A stretch of 48,729 nucleotides of DNA from a virus (lineage: Duplodnaviria; Caudoviricetes). The DNA lies in IMG/VR virus record IMGVR_UViG_3300029821_000084, positions 1-48,729 of that record, one strand, 5' to 3'. The notes under the pieces are model-generated. The model did no database searches. It worked only from the letters and a program-made list of their open reading frames with translations, and was not told where the DNA came from. A program made the position numbers and the translations under genes. The stretch's first letter is position 1, and each line of letters begins with the position of its first letter. Shown here in pieces: positions 29,065-38,800 of the stretch.

Positions 29065-29823
29065 TTACTTGTAATACTTGCTCAGTTCGTTCAAGAACTC
29101 AGTAAAGTGTTTTTTGATTTTTTCATCTAAAGTTTGAGAATAATCAAATGTTTCCATTTTGACTACGTTATTCCAGTAATACATTAAGTTCCTATGTTGA
29201 TCCTGAATCAATGATATTACTTCAACTAATTCACTAAGTTCTTTGTCATAAAGAAAGACCTCATTATTATATTCCCATTTTTCTATACTACTACTTGGAA
29301 TGGAATGTGCTACATACTTGCTTGCGTAGTTATACACACGTGTTCTTAGTGGATGTGTTGTATTTACACCATCATTTATTATAGTTTTATCATTATTAAC
29401 CTTTTCAAATCTCTGCAAAGCTTTTTTAAAATTAAGAAGAGAAATTCTTATGTTAGAAATGTTATTTTCAGAAAATGAAGTCTTGGTTCTTAATGTGTCA
29501 TACATTTTGTAAAAGTTATTTATCCACTGTAAAAAATTCAGCTGATAATCAAATTTGAGAGGTCTTGCTTCAACTGGATTTTCATTAATCGAAATTGAAC
29601 TCTCCATTTTCGGTTCAAATAATTTTCTAAGACTTATCATTGTAAGATTGTAATAATCAACTCCAATTAAGGAATTTCGATTATTAGATAAACCAGAATG
29701 TATAGAGTAAAATCTGATAGTATCTGTTATTGATTGTTCAAAAACTTCTTCAAAGTATCGAAAAAGATCATGTGCAGTCTCTAATTTAATACTAATATCT
29801 ATTTTCAATGTATTAGTACTCAT
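29065..29823 (-). CDS. Divergent HEPN-like (AbiU2-type) protein
   Basis: ISLRKLFEP and YNYASKYVAHS (Ala at the usual Arg position); extended -10 TGATATAAT at 29862-29870. Confidence 0.55.
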   Translation of the reverse strand: MSTNTLKIDISIKLETAHDLFRYFEEVFEQSITDTIRFYSIHSGLSNNRNSLIGVDYYNLTMISLRKLFEPKMESSISINENPVEARPLKFDYQLNFLQWINNFYKMYDTLRTKTSFSENNISNIRISLLNFKKALQRFEKVNNDKTIINDGVNTTHPLRTRVYNYASKYVAHSIPSSSIEKWEYNNEVFLYDKELSELVEVISLIQDQHRNLMYYWNNVVKMETFDYSQTLDEKIKKHFTEFLNELSKYYK

Positions 29824-29871
29824 GCCGTCACTCCTAAATTGTTAAATCTATTATTGTTATAATTATATCAT

Positions 29872-30165
29872 TTAACCTACATAATTCCCATTCTCATCAA
29901 AGAGCACTTCTTTTTTCTTGAATCGTCCATGCTCTTTATTGTGACAGTCCTTACATAATAACTCCAAGTTATCTTGATTCAAACTAATATTGGTATCATT
30001 AACATTATCAACTGTTAACCTAATCTTATGGTGAACCTCTTCACCAATCGAACCACACCGTTCACACTTGCCTTGTGTGGCGTTTGTTTTGATATTGCGA
30101 GCAACGAGCCAAGCCTGCGACTTATAGAACCTGTGTAGCGCTTTTGGTTTGCTCATAAGATTCAC
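29872..30165 (-). CDS. Packaging-associated HNH endonuclease (HK97 gp74-like)
   Basis: FYKSQAW, CERC, VHHK and NLELLCKDCHNKEH. Confidence 0.9.
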   Translation of the reverse strand: MNLMSKPKALHRFYKSQAWLVARNIKTNATQGKCERCGSIGEEVHHKIRLTVDNVNDTNISLNQDNLELLCKDCHNKEHGRFKKKEVLFDENGNYVG

Positions 30166-31270
30166 TTAGTTGTTTGGCTTTAGCATCTACTTGTTCCCAA
30201 GCAACATCAAGATCCACACGACCAATATGCCCATAAGATGCTAAAGCTTTATATTTCACTTTGTCCAGGTTTAATTCCTTGATAATACTTGATGGCGTAA
30301 AGTTGAAGTTCTCTTTAATCAACTTCAATAGAACTTCATCCGAAGTAACCCCTGTTCCAAAGGTATCAACCGATACACTCACAGGATTTGCTACTCCGAT
30401 GGAATAGGAAACACTAACTTCGCACCTGTCCGCTAAATTTGCCGCCACAAGGGCTTTTGCTACAAATCTGGCATAGTAAGCCGCACTACGGTCTACCTTG
30501 CTCACATCCTTGCCAGAGAATGCGCCACCGCCATGTTTTGCATAACCACCATAGGTATCAACGATAATCTTTCTACCTGTTAATCCAGAATCACCATAAG
30601 GACCACCAACGACAAATGCACCTGTTGGATTGATTAAGACTTGAATGTGTGAAAGGTCTGCTCCGATGAGTGGTCTCAATACTTCGTTTAGAATAATCTC
30701 TTTAGCATAATCTAATTGAATGCCATGTTTTGTTTGAGCAGACACTACGATTGTTTCATAAGCAATCGGTTCATTATTCTCATAGACTACAGAAACTTGA
30801 CACTTACCATCTGGACCAAACACGTGTCCATACTTTGCCTTTCTAAGCTCGTCAATGCTTCTTGCGATGTCATGTGCCACTACGATTGGTAAAGGCATTA
30901 ATTCGGGCGTTTCTTTACAAGCGTAGCCAAACATTAAGCCCTGATCACCTGCACCTTGTTCATGATCATTCGTATGATTCACACCAAGTGCAATATCATC
31001 TGACTGCTTGGATATCTTTTCAATCACATCGAATGGATCATCGTATCCGATTTCTTTTAATGTGTTTAGTGCCACTTCTTTGTAATTCACTGAAGCCTTA
31101 GATGTGACCTCACCAAAGATAAAAACAACGTCATCTTTGATAGCTGTTTCTACTGCTACTCTTGCATTTCTATCTTGTTCTAAATGCGCATCTAAGATTG
31201 CATCACTGATTTGGTCACATATTTTATCTGGGTGTCCCTTAAAGACAGATTCACTTGTTATAATTTTCAT
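30122..31270 (-). CDS. metK: S-adenosylmethionine synthetase
   Basis: TSESV..GHPDK.CDQISD, GAGDQG, GLTGRKIIVDTYGG and GGGAFSGKD signatures. Confidence 0.97.
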   Translation of the reverse strand: MKIITSESVFKGHPDKICDQISDAILDAHLEQDRNARVAVETAIKDDVVFIFGEVTSKASVNYKEVALNTLKEIGYDDPFDVIEKISKQSDDIALGVNHTNDHEQGAGDQGLMFGYACKETPELMPLPIVVAHDIARSIDELRKAKYGHVFGPDGKCQVSVVYENNEPIAYETIVVSAQTKHGIQLDYAKEIILNEVLRPLIGADLSHIQVLINPTGAFVVGGPYGDSGLTGRKIIVDTYGGYAKHGGGAFSGKDVSKVDRSAAYYARFVAKALVAANLADRCEVSVSYSIGVANPVSVSVDTFGTGVTSDEVLLKLIKENFNFTPSSIIKELNLDKVKYKALASYGHIGRVDLDVAWEQVDAKAKQLSESYEQTKSATQVL

Positions 31271-31294
31271 TTGTTATCCTCGCTTTAAATAGTT

Positions 31295-31319
31295 AAAAAG
31301 GAAGCTTGCTCGCTTCCTT
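31295..31319 (-). terminator. Intrinsic terminator upstream of metK
   Basis: AAGGAAGC-gagcaa-GCUUCCUU followed by Us. Confidence 0.7.
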
Positions 31320-31623
31320 AGTTTTCTGTTTTGGTTTTAATAAGTGGTATGAATGCTGCATACCTTGCGTAATGATATCCTTCACTTTCAACCAGGATAC
31401 CAAAGTCATGTTTATCCGATGTGACTAACAAGCAGTGAAATATACCTTCCTTATCGCAATACATCAGTTTTAGATGTTCTTTGATGAAATCATAATCATT
31501 TAATGGTTCTCTGATGAATCCTTCAAATACATCACTATCTAGGATTATGGTTTTTTCGACTATAAACTCATCTTGAGGGATAAGTTCCTCTGGTGTTGGT
31601 TTTCTAATAAAATTTACTTTCAT
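31318..31623 (-). CDS. DUF6329-like protein (paralog 1)
   Basis: DYDFIKEH...MY.D..GIFHCLLV...GILVESEGYHYARYAA. Confidence 0.6.
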   Translation of the reverse strand: MKVNFIRKPTPEELIPQDEFIVEKTIILDSDVFEGFIREPLNDYDFIKEHLKLMYCDKEGIFHCLLVTSDKHDFGILVESEGYHYARYAAFIPLIKTKTEN

Positions 31624-32006
31624 AATGTTTCCTCGTCAATTCTCCATGCTGTGTAAACACTTCTATAGGTGCAGTCCCAAGTATCTTGAATAACACCATC
31701 TTTACAAACACTAATATGTCCTGCCATTTTTAAGATGAACATTCCATTCGGATGTAGCTGTGCAAAATCTGTACCCTTAATCCTAGGTTCACCTTTAACC
31801 GCTTTAAAAATGTATCTTGGGCGATTCTCTAAATACTTATAAATAAACTCTGTATCCTTGTAACTGGTGAAACTCCATTCACGTTTTTTCTGATTGAGTT
31901 CTCTTCTTGTTTCCATGTAGTCTTTATCAAATGCTGTTGAAATCGCTCTAACCACACAGTCACCAGTTTTGATGCCTTTGGGATGTCTGTTGTAATAGTT
32001 ATACAT
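31620..32006 (-). CDS. Conserved phage protein with possible papain-like Cys/His/Asp triad
   Basis: GDCVVRAIS...GHISVCKDGVIQDTWD. Confidence 0.5.
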   Translation of the reverse strand: MYNYYNRHPKGIKTGDCVVRAISTAFDKDYMETRRELNQKKREWSFTSYKDTEFIYKYLENRPRYIFKAVKGEPRIKGTDFAQLHPNGMFILKMAGHISVCKDGVIQDTWDCTYRSVYTAWRIDEETL

Positions 32007-32436
32007 GTGTTTCCCACCCTTCGTTTAACCACTTAACAAGTTCTTTAACTGAGTCCGTTGAAAATACAACTTTTTCATAGTGTGTTAATCGTTCATAAAC
32101 TGTGTACGTCTTATCATGCCATGGTGAGTTCAGTTGAACGACGATTAGTGTTACATTGGATTCTAAATCCGTAATTCTAAAATCATCATAAAGATTACCT
32201 TGAAGTGGACAATTGTTTTTGAACCACACATAACTGTTTTCTATATCAACCTTGCCACCTGGTTTAATTTGCTTGATGATGTTGCCCATGCGTTTGGTTT
32301 TATTCTTTAAACTTGAATCTTTACAAAACCAATCGTACCAGCCAGCTTCGATTTGAACTCTTACATCATTTGATTCAAAGCTTCCACTATTGAACGTTTG
32401 AATCCAGCTCTTAAGCGATAGTTGATTTTCCATCAC
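31999..32436 (-). CDS. Conserved phage hypothetical protein
   Basis: QIEAGWYDWFC and YVWFKNNCP.G.LYDDFRI; overlaps its neighbours. Confidence 0.65.
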   Translation of the reverse strand: MMENQLSLKSWIQTFNSGSFESNDVRVQIEAGWYDWFCKDSSLKNKTKRMGNIIKQIKPGGKVDIENSYVWFKNNCPLQGNLYDDFRITDLESNVTLIVVQLNSPWHDKTYTVYERLTHYEKVVFSTDSVKELVKWLNEGWETHV

Positions 32437-32737
32437 CCAGTCCTCCTATCTCACTTTTTCTAATAAATGCGGAGTATCTAGCATAACTTGAACCATCTGC
32501 TTGTACTAGGATTCCATAATCTAATTCTTTAACTGTTACTAAAATTGCGTGCCATACGTTGTTGCTGTCTGTATACATTAAATCCTTGTGAGCTTTTATG
32601 AAATCATAATCACCGAGCATATCATCTAAGAACTTATTAAACTGTCTTTGTGATATCTCAACAACTTTCTCAATTACAAAATCATCCTGTGGAATAATCT
32701 GTTCTTTGAATGCTCTCGTTTCAAATTTGACTTTCAT
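32411..32737 (-). CDS. DUF6329-like protein (paralog 2)
   Basis: DYDFIKAH...MY.D..VWHAILV...GILVQADGSSYARYSA; clearly similar to 31318-31623. Confidence 0.6.
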   Translation of the reverse strand: MKVKFETRAFKEQIIPQDDFVIEKVVEISQRQFNKFLDDMLGDYDFIKAHKDLMYTDSNNVWHAILVTVKELDYGILVQADGSSYARYSAFIRKSEIGGLGDGKSTIA

Positions 32738-32774
32738 CGCTTTTGCCTCTTTCCTAACCTTTTTTGGTTACTAC

Positions 32775-32809
32775 TATATATCACTCTAAAGGCATTAAAT
32801 AGCAAGTCA
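32775..32809 (-). promoter_or_regulatory. 35-bp upstream motif, copy 1 (shared with the integrase)
   Basis: tgacttgctatttaatgcctttagagtgatatata is 30/35 identical to 46647-46681. Confidence 0.7.
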
Positions 32810-32828
32810 ATTCGACAAGATTTGCTCA

Positions 32829-34058
32829 CTAAAGTGACAATATCTGAAAGTCGTTGATATGACTAAGCGGTATCTCTTTTCCATTGCGAATGAGATAACA
32901 ATCATCAAGCGATACTTTGTACTTTAAATAGCGTTTTACAATCACATCCACAAATCTTTCATCCAGTTCCATGATTCTTGCTCTTCTTTGAAGCTGATCA
33001 GATGCGATCATGGTTGATCCAGACCCACCAAACAAATCTAAGACTATATCATTTACTCTGGATGAATTAGCGATAGCTTTACCGACGAGTTCTAATGGTT
33101 TCATCGTTGGATGTTCTTCATTTCGTTTTGGTTTGTTATATTCCCATATCGTATCTTGAGTACGGTCATCCACAAAGTAATGAGCAGCACCTTCTCTCCA
33201 ACCATAAAGAATAGGTTCATGTCGCCAGTGATAATCTTGTCTACCTAAGACTAGTGCATTTTTTACCCAAATGAGACACTCTGCGAGTTTATACCCAGCA
33301 TTCTTGAAAGCATTTCTAAAGTTGAGTCCTTCAGTGTCTGCATGACACACATAAATAGCACCACCTGGCTTTGTATGTTCAAACATATTCTCAAAGGCTT
33401 TATAAAGAAAAAGATAGAAGTTATTATCTTCCATCTTATCGTTCATTATTTTTCCAGCTGTGCCTTCATAATCGACATTGTATGGTGGATCTGTAAAAAC
33501 TAAATCTATCCGATCATCTTGGATCAGCTTCTTTACATCAGTTTTTTCTGTAGAATCACCACACATCACTCGGTGATTACCTAAAATATAAATATCGCCC
33601 TTTTGTGTATACGGTGCATCTGATAGATCATCTGTTGGATCAAAGTCATCGTCGGTCGCATTATCTGGTACATTTGCTTCTAGTTCCTCAAATCCAAAGA
33701 GTGACATATCCATTTCAATGTTTGCTAGTTCTTCTTCGAGTTTTGCAAAATCCCAGGTCGCAAGCTCTGCAGTTTTATTATCTGCAAGTCTGAATGCTTT
33801 GATTTGCTCTTCTGTTAAGTCATCAGCAATAATACAAGGCACTTCATCTAGTCCAAGCTTAAGGCTTGCTTTTAGTCTCGTATGTCCTGCAATAATGACA
33901 TGATCTTTGGTGATCACAATTGGAACTTTAAATCCAAACTCCTCTATACTTTTAGCAACAGCCTCAACTGCAGCATCATTGTTTCTTGGATTGTTTTCGT
34001 ACTCTTGGAGTGCTGATACTTTCTTCATCACGATATTCATTGATCCATACCTCTTCAC
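32829..34058 (-). CDS. ParB-like N-terminal domain fused to N6/N4 DNA methyltransferase
   Basis: NPR.N...IIAGHTRL...RLADNK (ParB); TDPPYNV, HPTMKP and LDLFGGSGST (beta-class MTase). Start probably at MNIVM. Confidence 0.92.
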   Translation of the reverse strand: MKRYGSMNIVMKKVSALQEYENNPRNNDAAVEAVAKSIEEFGFKVPIVITKDHVIIAGHTRLKASLKLGLDEVPCIIADDLTEEQIKAFRLADNKTAELATWDFAKLEEELANIEMDMSLFGFEELEANVPDNATDDDFDPTDDLSDAPYTQKGDIYILGNHRVMCGDSTEKTDVKKLIQDDRIDLVFTDPPYNVDYEGTAGKIMNDKMEDNNFYLFLYKAFENMFEHTKPGGAIYVCHADTEGLNFRNAFKNAGYKLAECLIWVKNALVLGRQDYHWRHEPILYGWREGAAHYFVDDRTQDTIWEYNKPKRNEEHPTMKPLELVGKAIANSSRVNDIVLDLFGGSGSTMIASDQLQRRARIMELDERFVDVIVKRYLKYKVSLDDCYLIRNGKEIPLSHINDFQILSL

Positions 34059-34500
34059 CTTTTTCTAATCGTTTGGTCATCAGTTCGATTTCTGCTTTTT
34101 TCTCGTTATACTCAATACCGAACTTTGTAATGAGTAAATATTTAATCGCTGTGATTTCAGGAAGCGACTGCTTCTTATACTTAGTGATACGTTTTTTAGT
34201 CCCCGATTTAGTTTCTTCAATCACAGTTTGTGTTTCTTCGTATTCAAATCCAACAGCTCGTTGATACATTGCATCGACGAGTTTTTCTTTTAACTCCTCA
34301 TCCCCGTATTGAAAAGCTTTATTCAATTTAGGATGAGCTTTTCTTAACTTAATGAGTGTTTTTTCTGTTATACCTAAGTATTCAGCAACCTGTCTTTGTG
34401 TTGCTCGCTTAGATATCATTTCAGATATGGCTTTTAATCTACTATTTAGATGTCCAGATTCTTCCCAACGCTCATACAGATCTAACATTTTCCCTTTCAT
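33976..34500 (-). CDS. HTH protein resembling a second small-terminase-like DNA-packaging protein
   Basis: TQRQVAEYLGITEKTL HTH, then AMYQRAVGFEYEE...TAIKYLL. Confidence 0.55.
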   Translation of the reverse strand: MKGKMLDLYERWEESGHLNSRLKAISEMISKRATQRQVAEYLGITEKTLIKLRKAHPKLNKAFQYGDEELKEKLVDAMYQRAVGFEYEETQTVIEETKSGTKKRITKYKKQSLPEITAIKYLLITKFGIEYNEKKAEIELMTKRLEKGEEVWINEYRDEESISTPRVRKQSKKQ

Positions 34501-34584
34501 TCAATCACTCCAACTGTACAACTGTCATTGTATAAAACTGTAATAGTTTACCAGTTGGAATACTACAAGTATCTCTGCAAAAAC

Positions 34585-34610
34585 AAAAAGGAACTCATTT
34601 CTGAATTCCC
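34585..34610 (-). terminator. Intrinsic terminator in the late-operon leader
   Basis: GGAAUUCA-GAAA-UGAGUUCC-UUUUU with a GNRA loop. Confidence 0.7.
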
Positions 34611-34777
34611 ATTATTTCTAGGCTGGTTTTAAAGCCAGTATTCCATGTTATTTATAGCATATCAAAATAGTCAACTTTTATCTATATGCTTAAAGCATAA
34701 TCGAACCCGTGTATCATTCTTGGTCTTTTCCAACTAACAACAACCTTTAGTTGCTTACTGAATTGCTTTTCTTTTCG

Positions 34778-34822
34778 TTTCCATTTTGTTAGCCCACATA
34801 CACAGATTATCGGCGTAATAAA
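34778..34822 (-). repeat. 45-bp dispersed motif, copy 1
   Basis: tttccattttgttagcccacatacacagattatcggcgtaataaa is 40/45 identical to 43155-43199. Confidence 0.9.
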
Positions 34823-34828
34823 ATAAAA

Positions 34829-35815
34829 TTATTCTTGAATTTCTTTCAATTCTTGTTCAATCATGTATTCTTCTCTAATTTCAGACAATGTTTTATTGCT
34901 TTCTTTATGAATTGCAAAAACATAGGTCTGAATACTTGACCATCCGTAAAGATTTTTAAGCCATACTTGCATTGATAACTCTTTACCATCTACTTTAACA
35001 TTCCCATTTTTCAGAAGAACAGCTTCATCTTCTCTATCTTTTGCTCGTATAATATCGCCTGCTTTAACAACACCCCATGAAAGCATGGTGTCAATTTTAG
35101 GTAAAGTTCTTCTCGTTATTCCTTTTGAAACTCTTTGAGCAGGCTCTGATTTATCAAGTAAGTTCACGTAGAAATCATCATAATTTGCCACAGGTAATAA
35201 TTTTTCCGTATCCAAATAAATCTCCGAACCTAATTTATACGGAATTAGCTTAAAGCAACTCATATCGACTTTGTTTTTATTGAGCCAAGCAACTGCTGAC
35301 AAAGTCTGTTCGTCAAATTCAGAAGCAACTAATATAATTCGTTGGTTTTCATTGAATTTGTCTATAGCATTATTAACTTTCAAGAACTCTTTTATTTTTC
35401 TAAGTCCAAGTTCGTATGATGTTAGTTCATTTAATGTAAATTCTTCTTTATATTTTTCAATATAAGGAGCGTAGACAATTTTCACAATTTCTTCTACAGA
35501 TTTTATAGTTGCATAACTAGCAGCATACCTGATTGCTTGAAATTCAAAAGCTTCTTTTCTGCCTTCGATATCTTTTCTATCACGTTTAATTTCGATTAAT
35601 ACCACAGATCCATTATTATCAATTGCGGTTAAGTCACTTCTGCCATTTTTTTCATTCTTAACTTGTCTGCCAATAATGAGCAACGACTCTTCATCATCAC
35701 AAACCATATCAATATTAGTTCTTAGAACTTCTTCAATGTCACTTTCTAGCAAACCTAGGTCATAAAACGTAACCTTTTCAATTTTTGTTGCTTTTTTACT
35801 TTTAAGATTATACAT
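34829..35815 (-). CDS. NucS-like PD-(D/E)XK nuclease with C-terminal RAMA-like domain
   Basis: LLESDIE, IIGRQV, SDLTAID, IEIKRD and QAIRYA; C-terminal GVVKAGD...LLKNGNV.VDG...KTLSEIR. Confidence 0.7.
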   Translation of the reverse strand: MYNLKSKKATKIEKVTFYDLGLLESDIEEVLRTNIDMVCDDEESLLIIGRQVKNEKNGRSDLTAIDNNGSVVLIEIKRDRKDIEGRKEAFEFQAIRYAASYATIKSVEEIVKIVYAPYIEKYKEEFTLNELTSYELGLRKIKEFLKVNNAIDKFNENQRIILVASEFDEQTLSAVAWLNKNKVDMSCFKLIPYKLGSEIYLDTEKLLPVANYDDFYVNLLDKSEPAQRVSKGITRRTLPKIDTMLSWGVVKAGDIIRAKDREDEAVLLKNGNVKVDGKELSMQVWLKNLYGWSSIQTYVFAIHKESNKTLSEIREEYMIEQELKEIQE

Positions 35816-35846
35816 AAAATCCTCCCATGATCAATGGTTATACTAC

Positions 35847-38800
35847 CTATTGATACTTCTTGAAGTTCTCAGCTTGTAAGAATATTTCTTTAAACACTTC
35901 ATCTTGTACAACAGGAGGATACCCATAATCTGCCATAGTAAGTATGATTGACACTTTTAGATCCGCCTTAATATCTTCCTTTTTAGCCCAATCTGTGTAA
36001 CGCGACTTATCATCAACAATCTTCTTCATTTCTTTAGACAATTCTATTAACTTTTGTTCACCATGTTGCTTGATATAATCCTCATAAAAATCATGCTGTT
36101 TTGCAATTTCAACTAAAATATCAAAAAATGCCTTTTCTTCAAAATCAATACCGAGATCCTTAAATGATTCCTTGTCAGCTTCTAGTTCTTTTAGTAATTT
36201 GGTTAATTCTTCAGCAACATTATCTAATATTTCTTCAGCGTACACTTTATCACCGTGGCGATTATTATACGAATCAATCATTTTCTGAAGTTTCTCTGAA
36301 AACTGAATGCCTTTGATTCTATTAACTTTTTTATAAGCTTCTATTGCATCCTTAAGTAGTTTAGTCAAAACTTTTATCTTTGTATTCTTTAAAGGGATTT
36401 TATTGATTCTTTCTAAATACTCATCGGAGAATATATCAACACTTCTTGATCCAACAATTTTACTTCTAGTGAAAACCTCTTCAACACCCTCACTTAATAT
36501 TGCTTCTTGAATCATCTTTCTTACATAATCATTCATTTGAGCAGTATCAGGAGCATCGCCTTTAGTAAGTTTGAAAATTATTGATCTAACCGCACCATAG
36601 AAGTATATTTTATCTCTCTCTAGTTTGGAAATATTTTCACTGGAACTACAAAGATCATATGCTGACTTCATTCTTTTTACAGATGCCATGAACCTTTTTT
36701 CTAAATCGTCAGTTAATTGAACATATTCTGACGCATGTTTTAGACAGTTTAATTTTTGTACAGGTGATCCAGTAAAAAACATTGCATCATCAAAGTTTTT
36801 AAATACTCGTCTTAGTATATCTAGTTCATCTTTTACTATCTTGATAGCTTCATCAATACCTTCAAATACCTCACTATCAGCTCTATTGAATTTCTTGAGT
36901 GCTAAATTCATATGAGATTTAAAGCCAAAATAATCAACGATTAGTCCCTTTTCTTTTCCCGGATAAACCCTATTCACTCTTGAAATAGTCTGAATCAGAG
37001 TATGCTCTTGAAGTGGTTTATCTATGTACATTGTATCTAAAGAAGGAACATCAAACCCCGTCAGCCACATATCGACTACGATAGCAATCTTGAAATTTGA
37101 TTTCTCGTTCTTAAATTGTCTATCTAGCTCAGTCCTATATTGCTTGTTTCCTGCAATTTCATATAGTTGCTCTTCATCATCCTTTGCCCTAGTTATTACT
37201 AGATTTATAAATGGCAACTCAGTTAATTGGCGATTTTCGCTTTCTGTTAACTCTACACCATCTGGAGCCTTTTTATTAATTGCCCATTCTGGTCTTTTGT
37301 CGATTATTCTCTTATATAAATTAAAAGCAATTTCTCGAGTCATACAAACAATCATCGCTTTACCATTGACTGTTGATTTTTCAAATACTCTGCGTTCATA
37401 ATGTTCGATTAAGTCATTGGCAACAGCATCAAGTCTTTGCTCATCACCGATAATAACATCTAGTTTTGAAACTGCTTTTTGACTCTCCTCTATTTGATAC
37501 TCATTTGTTCCTTCATTTGCGCATTTTTCATAATACTCTTCAATTTCTTTTGCTTTATTTTGATCTAGTATCACTTTGGCTGCTCTACCTTCGTAAACAA
37601 TATTAACAGTTATGCCATCTTCTACTGATTCCTTCATTGTATAAGAATCTACTATCTTACCAAAGACATCTAATGTTGAATCAACCGGAGTTCCTGTAAA
37701 ACCAACATATGTAGCATTTGGTAATGAATCATGAAGATACTTTGCAAAACCATATCTTTTATGTACTCCAACATCATTAATAATAATCTTTTGGTTGACA
37801 TTTGTTTGTGTTCTATGTGCTTCATCAGATATACAAATAATATTTGTTCTATCACTTAATAAATCTGTATTTTCAGTGAATTTCTGAATAGTAGTAAGAT
37901 ATACTCCTCCGCTATTCCTACTACAAAGTTTTTCCTTTAAATGCTCTCTATCCGTTATTTTAATAACTTCTTTATCACCAATAAATTTTTTGGACTCAAC
38001 AAATTGCTCAGACAATTGTTTGTCAAGATCATTTCTATCAGTTATTAATAAAATCGTCGGACTGTTGAGTTTTTTGTCCCGCATTAAAAGTCTAGTTAAA
38101 AACAGCATTGTATAACTTTTACCTGAACCTGTAGCACCAAAATAGGTTCCTCCTTTACCGGAACCTTGTGGTTTTATGTTCTGTAATATACTATCGTGAA
38201 GTTTCTTTGCAGCGAAAAATTGAGGATATCTGCAAACGACTTTTAAATCTGTTGTAGATTCATCTGGAAAATATATGAAATTTTTGATAACATCCAATAG
38301 CCTTTCTTTCTCAAAAAGCCCATCTATTAATGTATTGAATGTATCTATTCCATCCTTATCACCTGATTCATCATTCACCCTTCTCCACGCATAAAAATAA
38401 TCATACGGAGCAAATAAAGATCCATATTTTGTGCTAACACCATCACTAATAACGAGAAATGCGTTGTATTTAAATAAATCTGGAATATCTCGCTTATATC
38501 GTACAGTGAGCTGTTTGTAAGCATCAAAAATGGTTGCATTTTCTCTAACGGCAGACTTAAACTCAAAAACAACTAATGGTAGTCCGTTAATATATAAAAT
38601 CAGGTCCGGTATTCTTTTTTCATTCCCTTTTATTTCTATCTGATTAACTAGTTTAAACTCATTGTTTGATATATTTTCAAAATCTAAAAGAGTTATCCAA
38701 ATGTCTTTATTTTGATTGTTCTTTCTTTTCAATAAAAATCCATCGATAACATACTTGAATAACTCTTTATTCCCCTCGTATAAAGACTTTCTCTTTATGT

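Noticed and set aside
34501-34780. Known SAM-I riboswitch or tRNA (gggttcgatt resembles a T-loop)
   Set aside because: No SAM-I core consensus, and I could not fold a cloverleaf.
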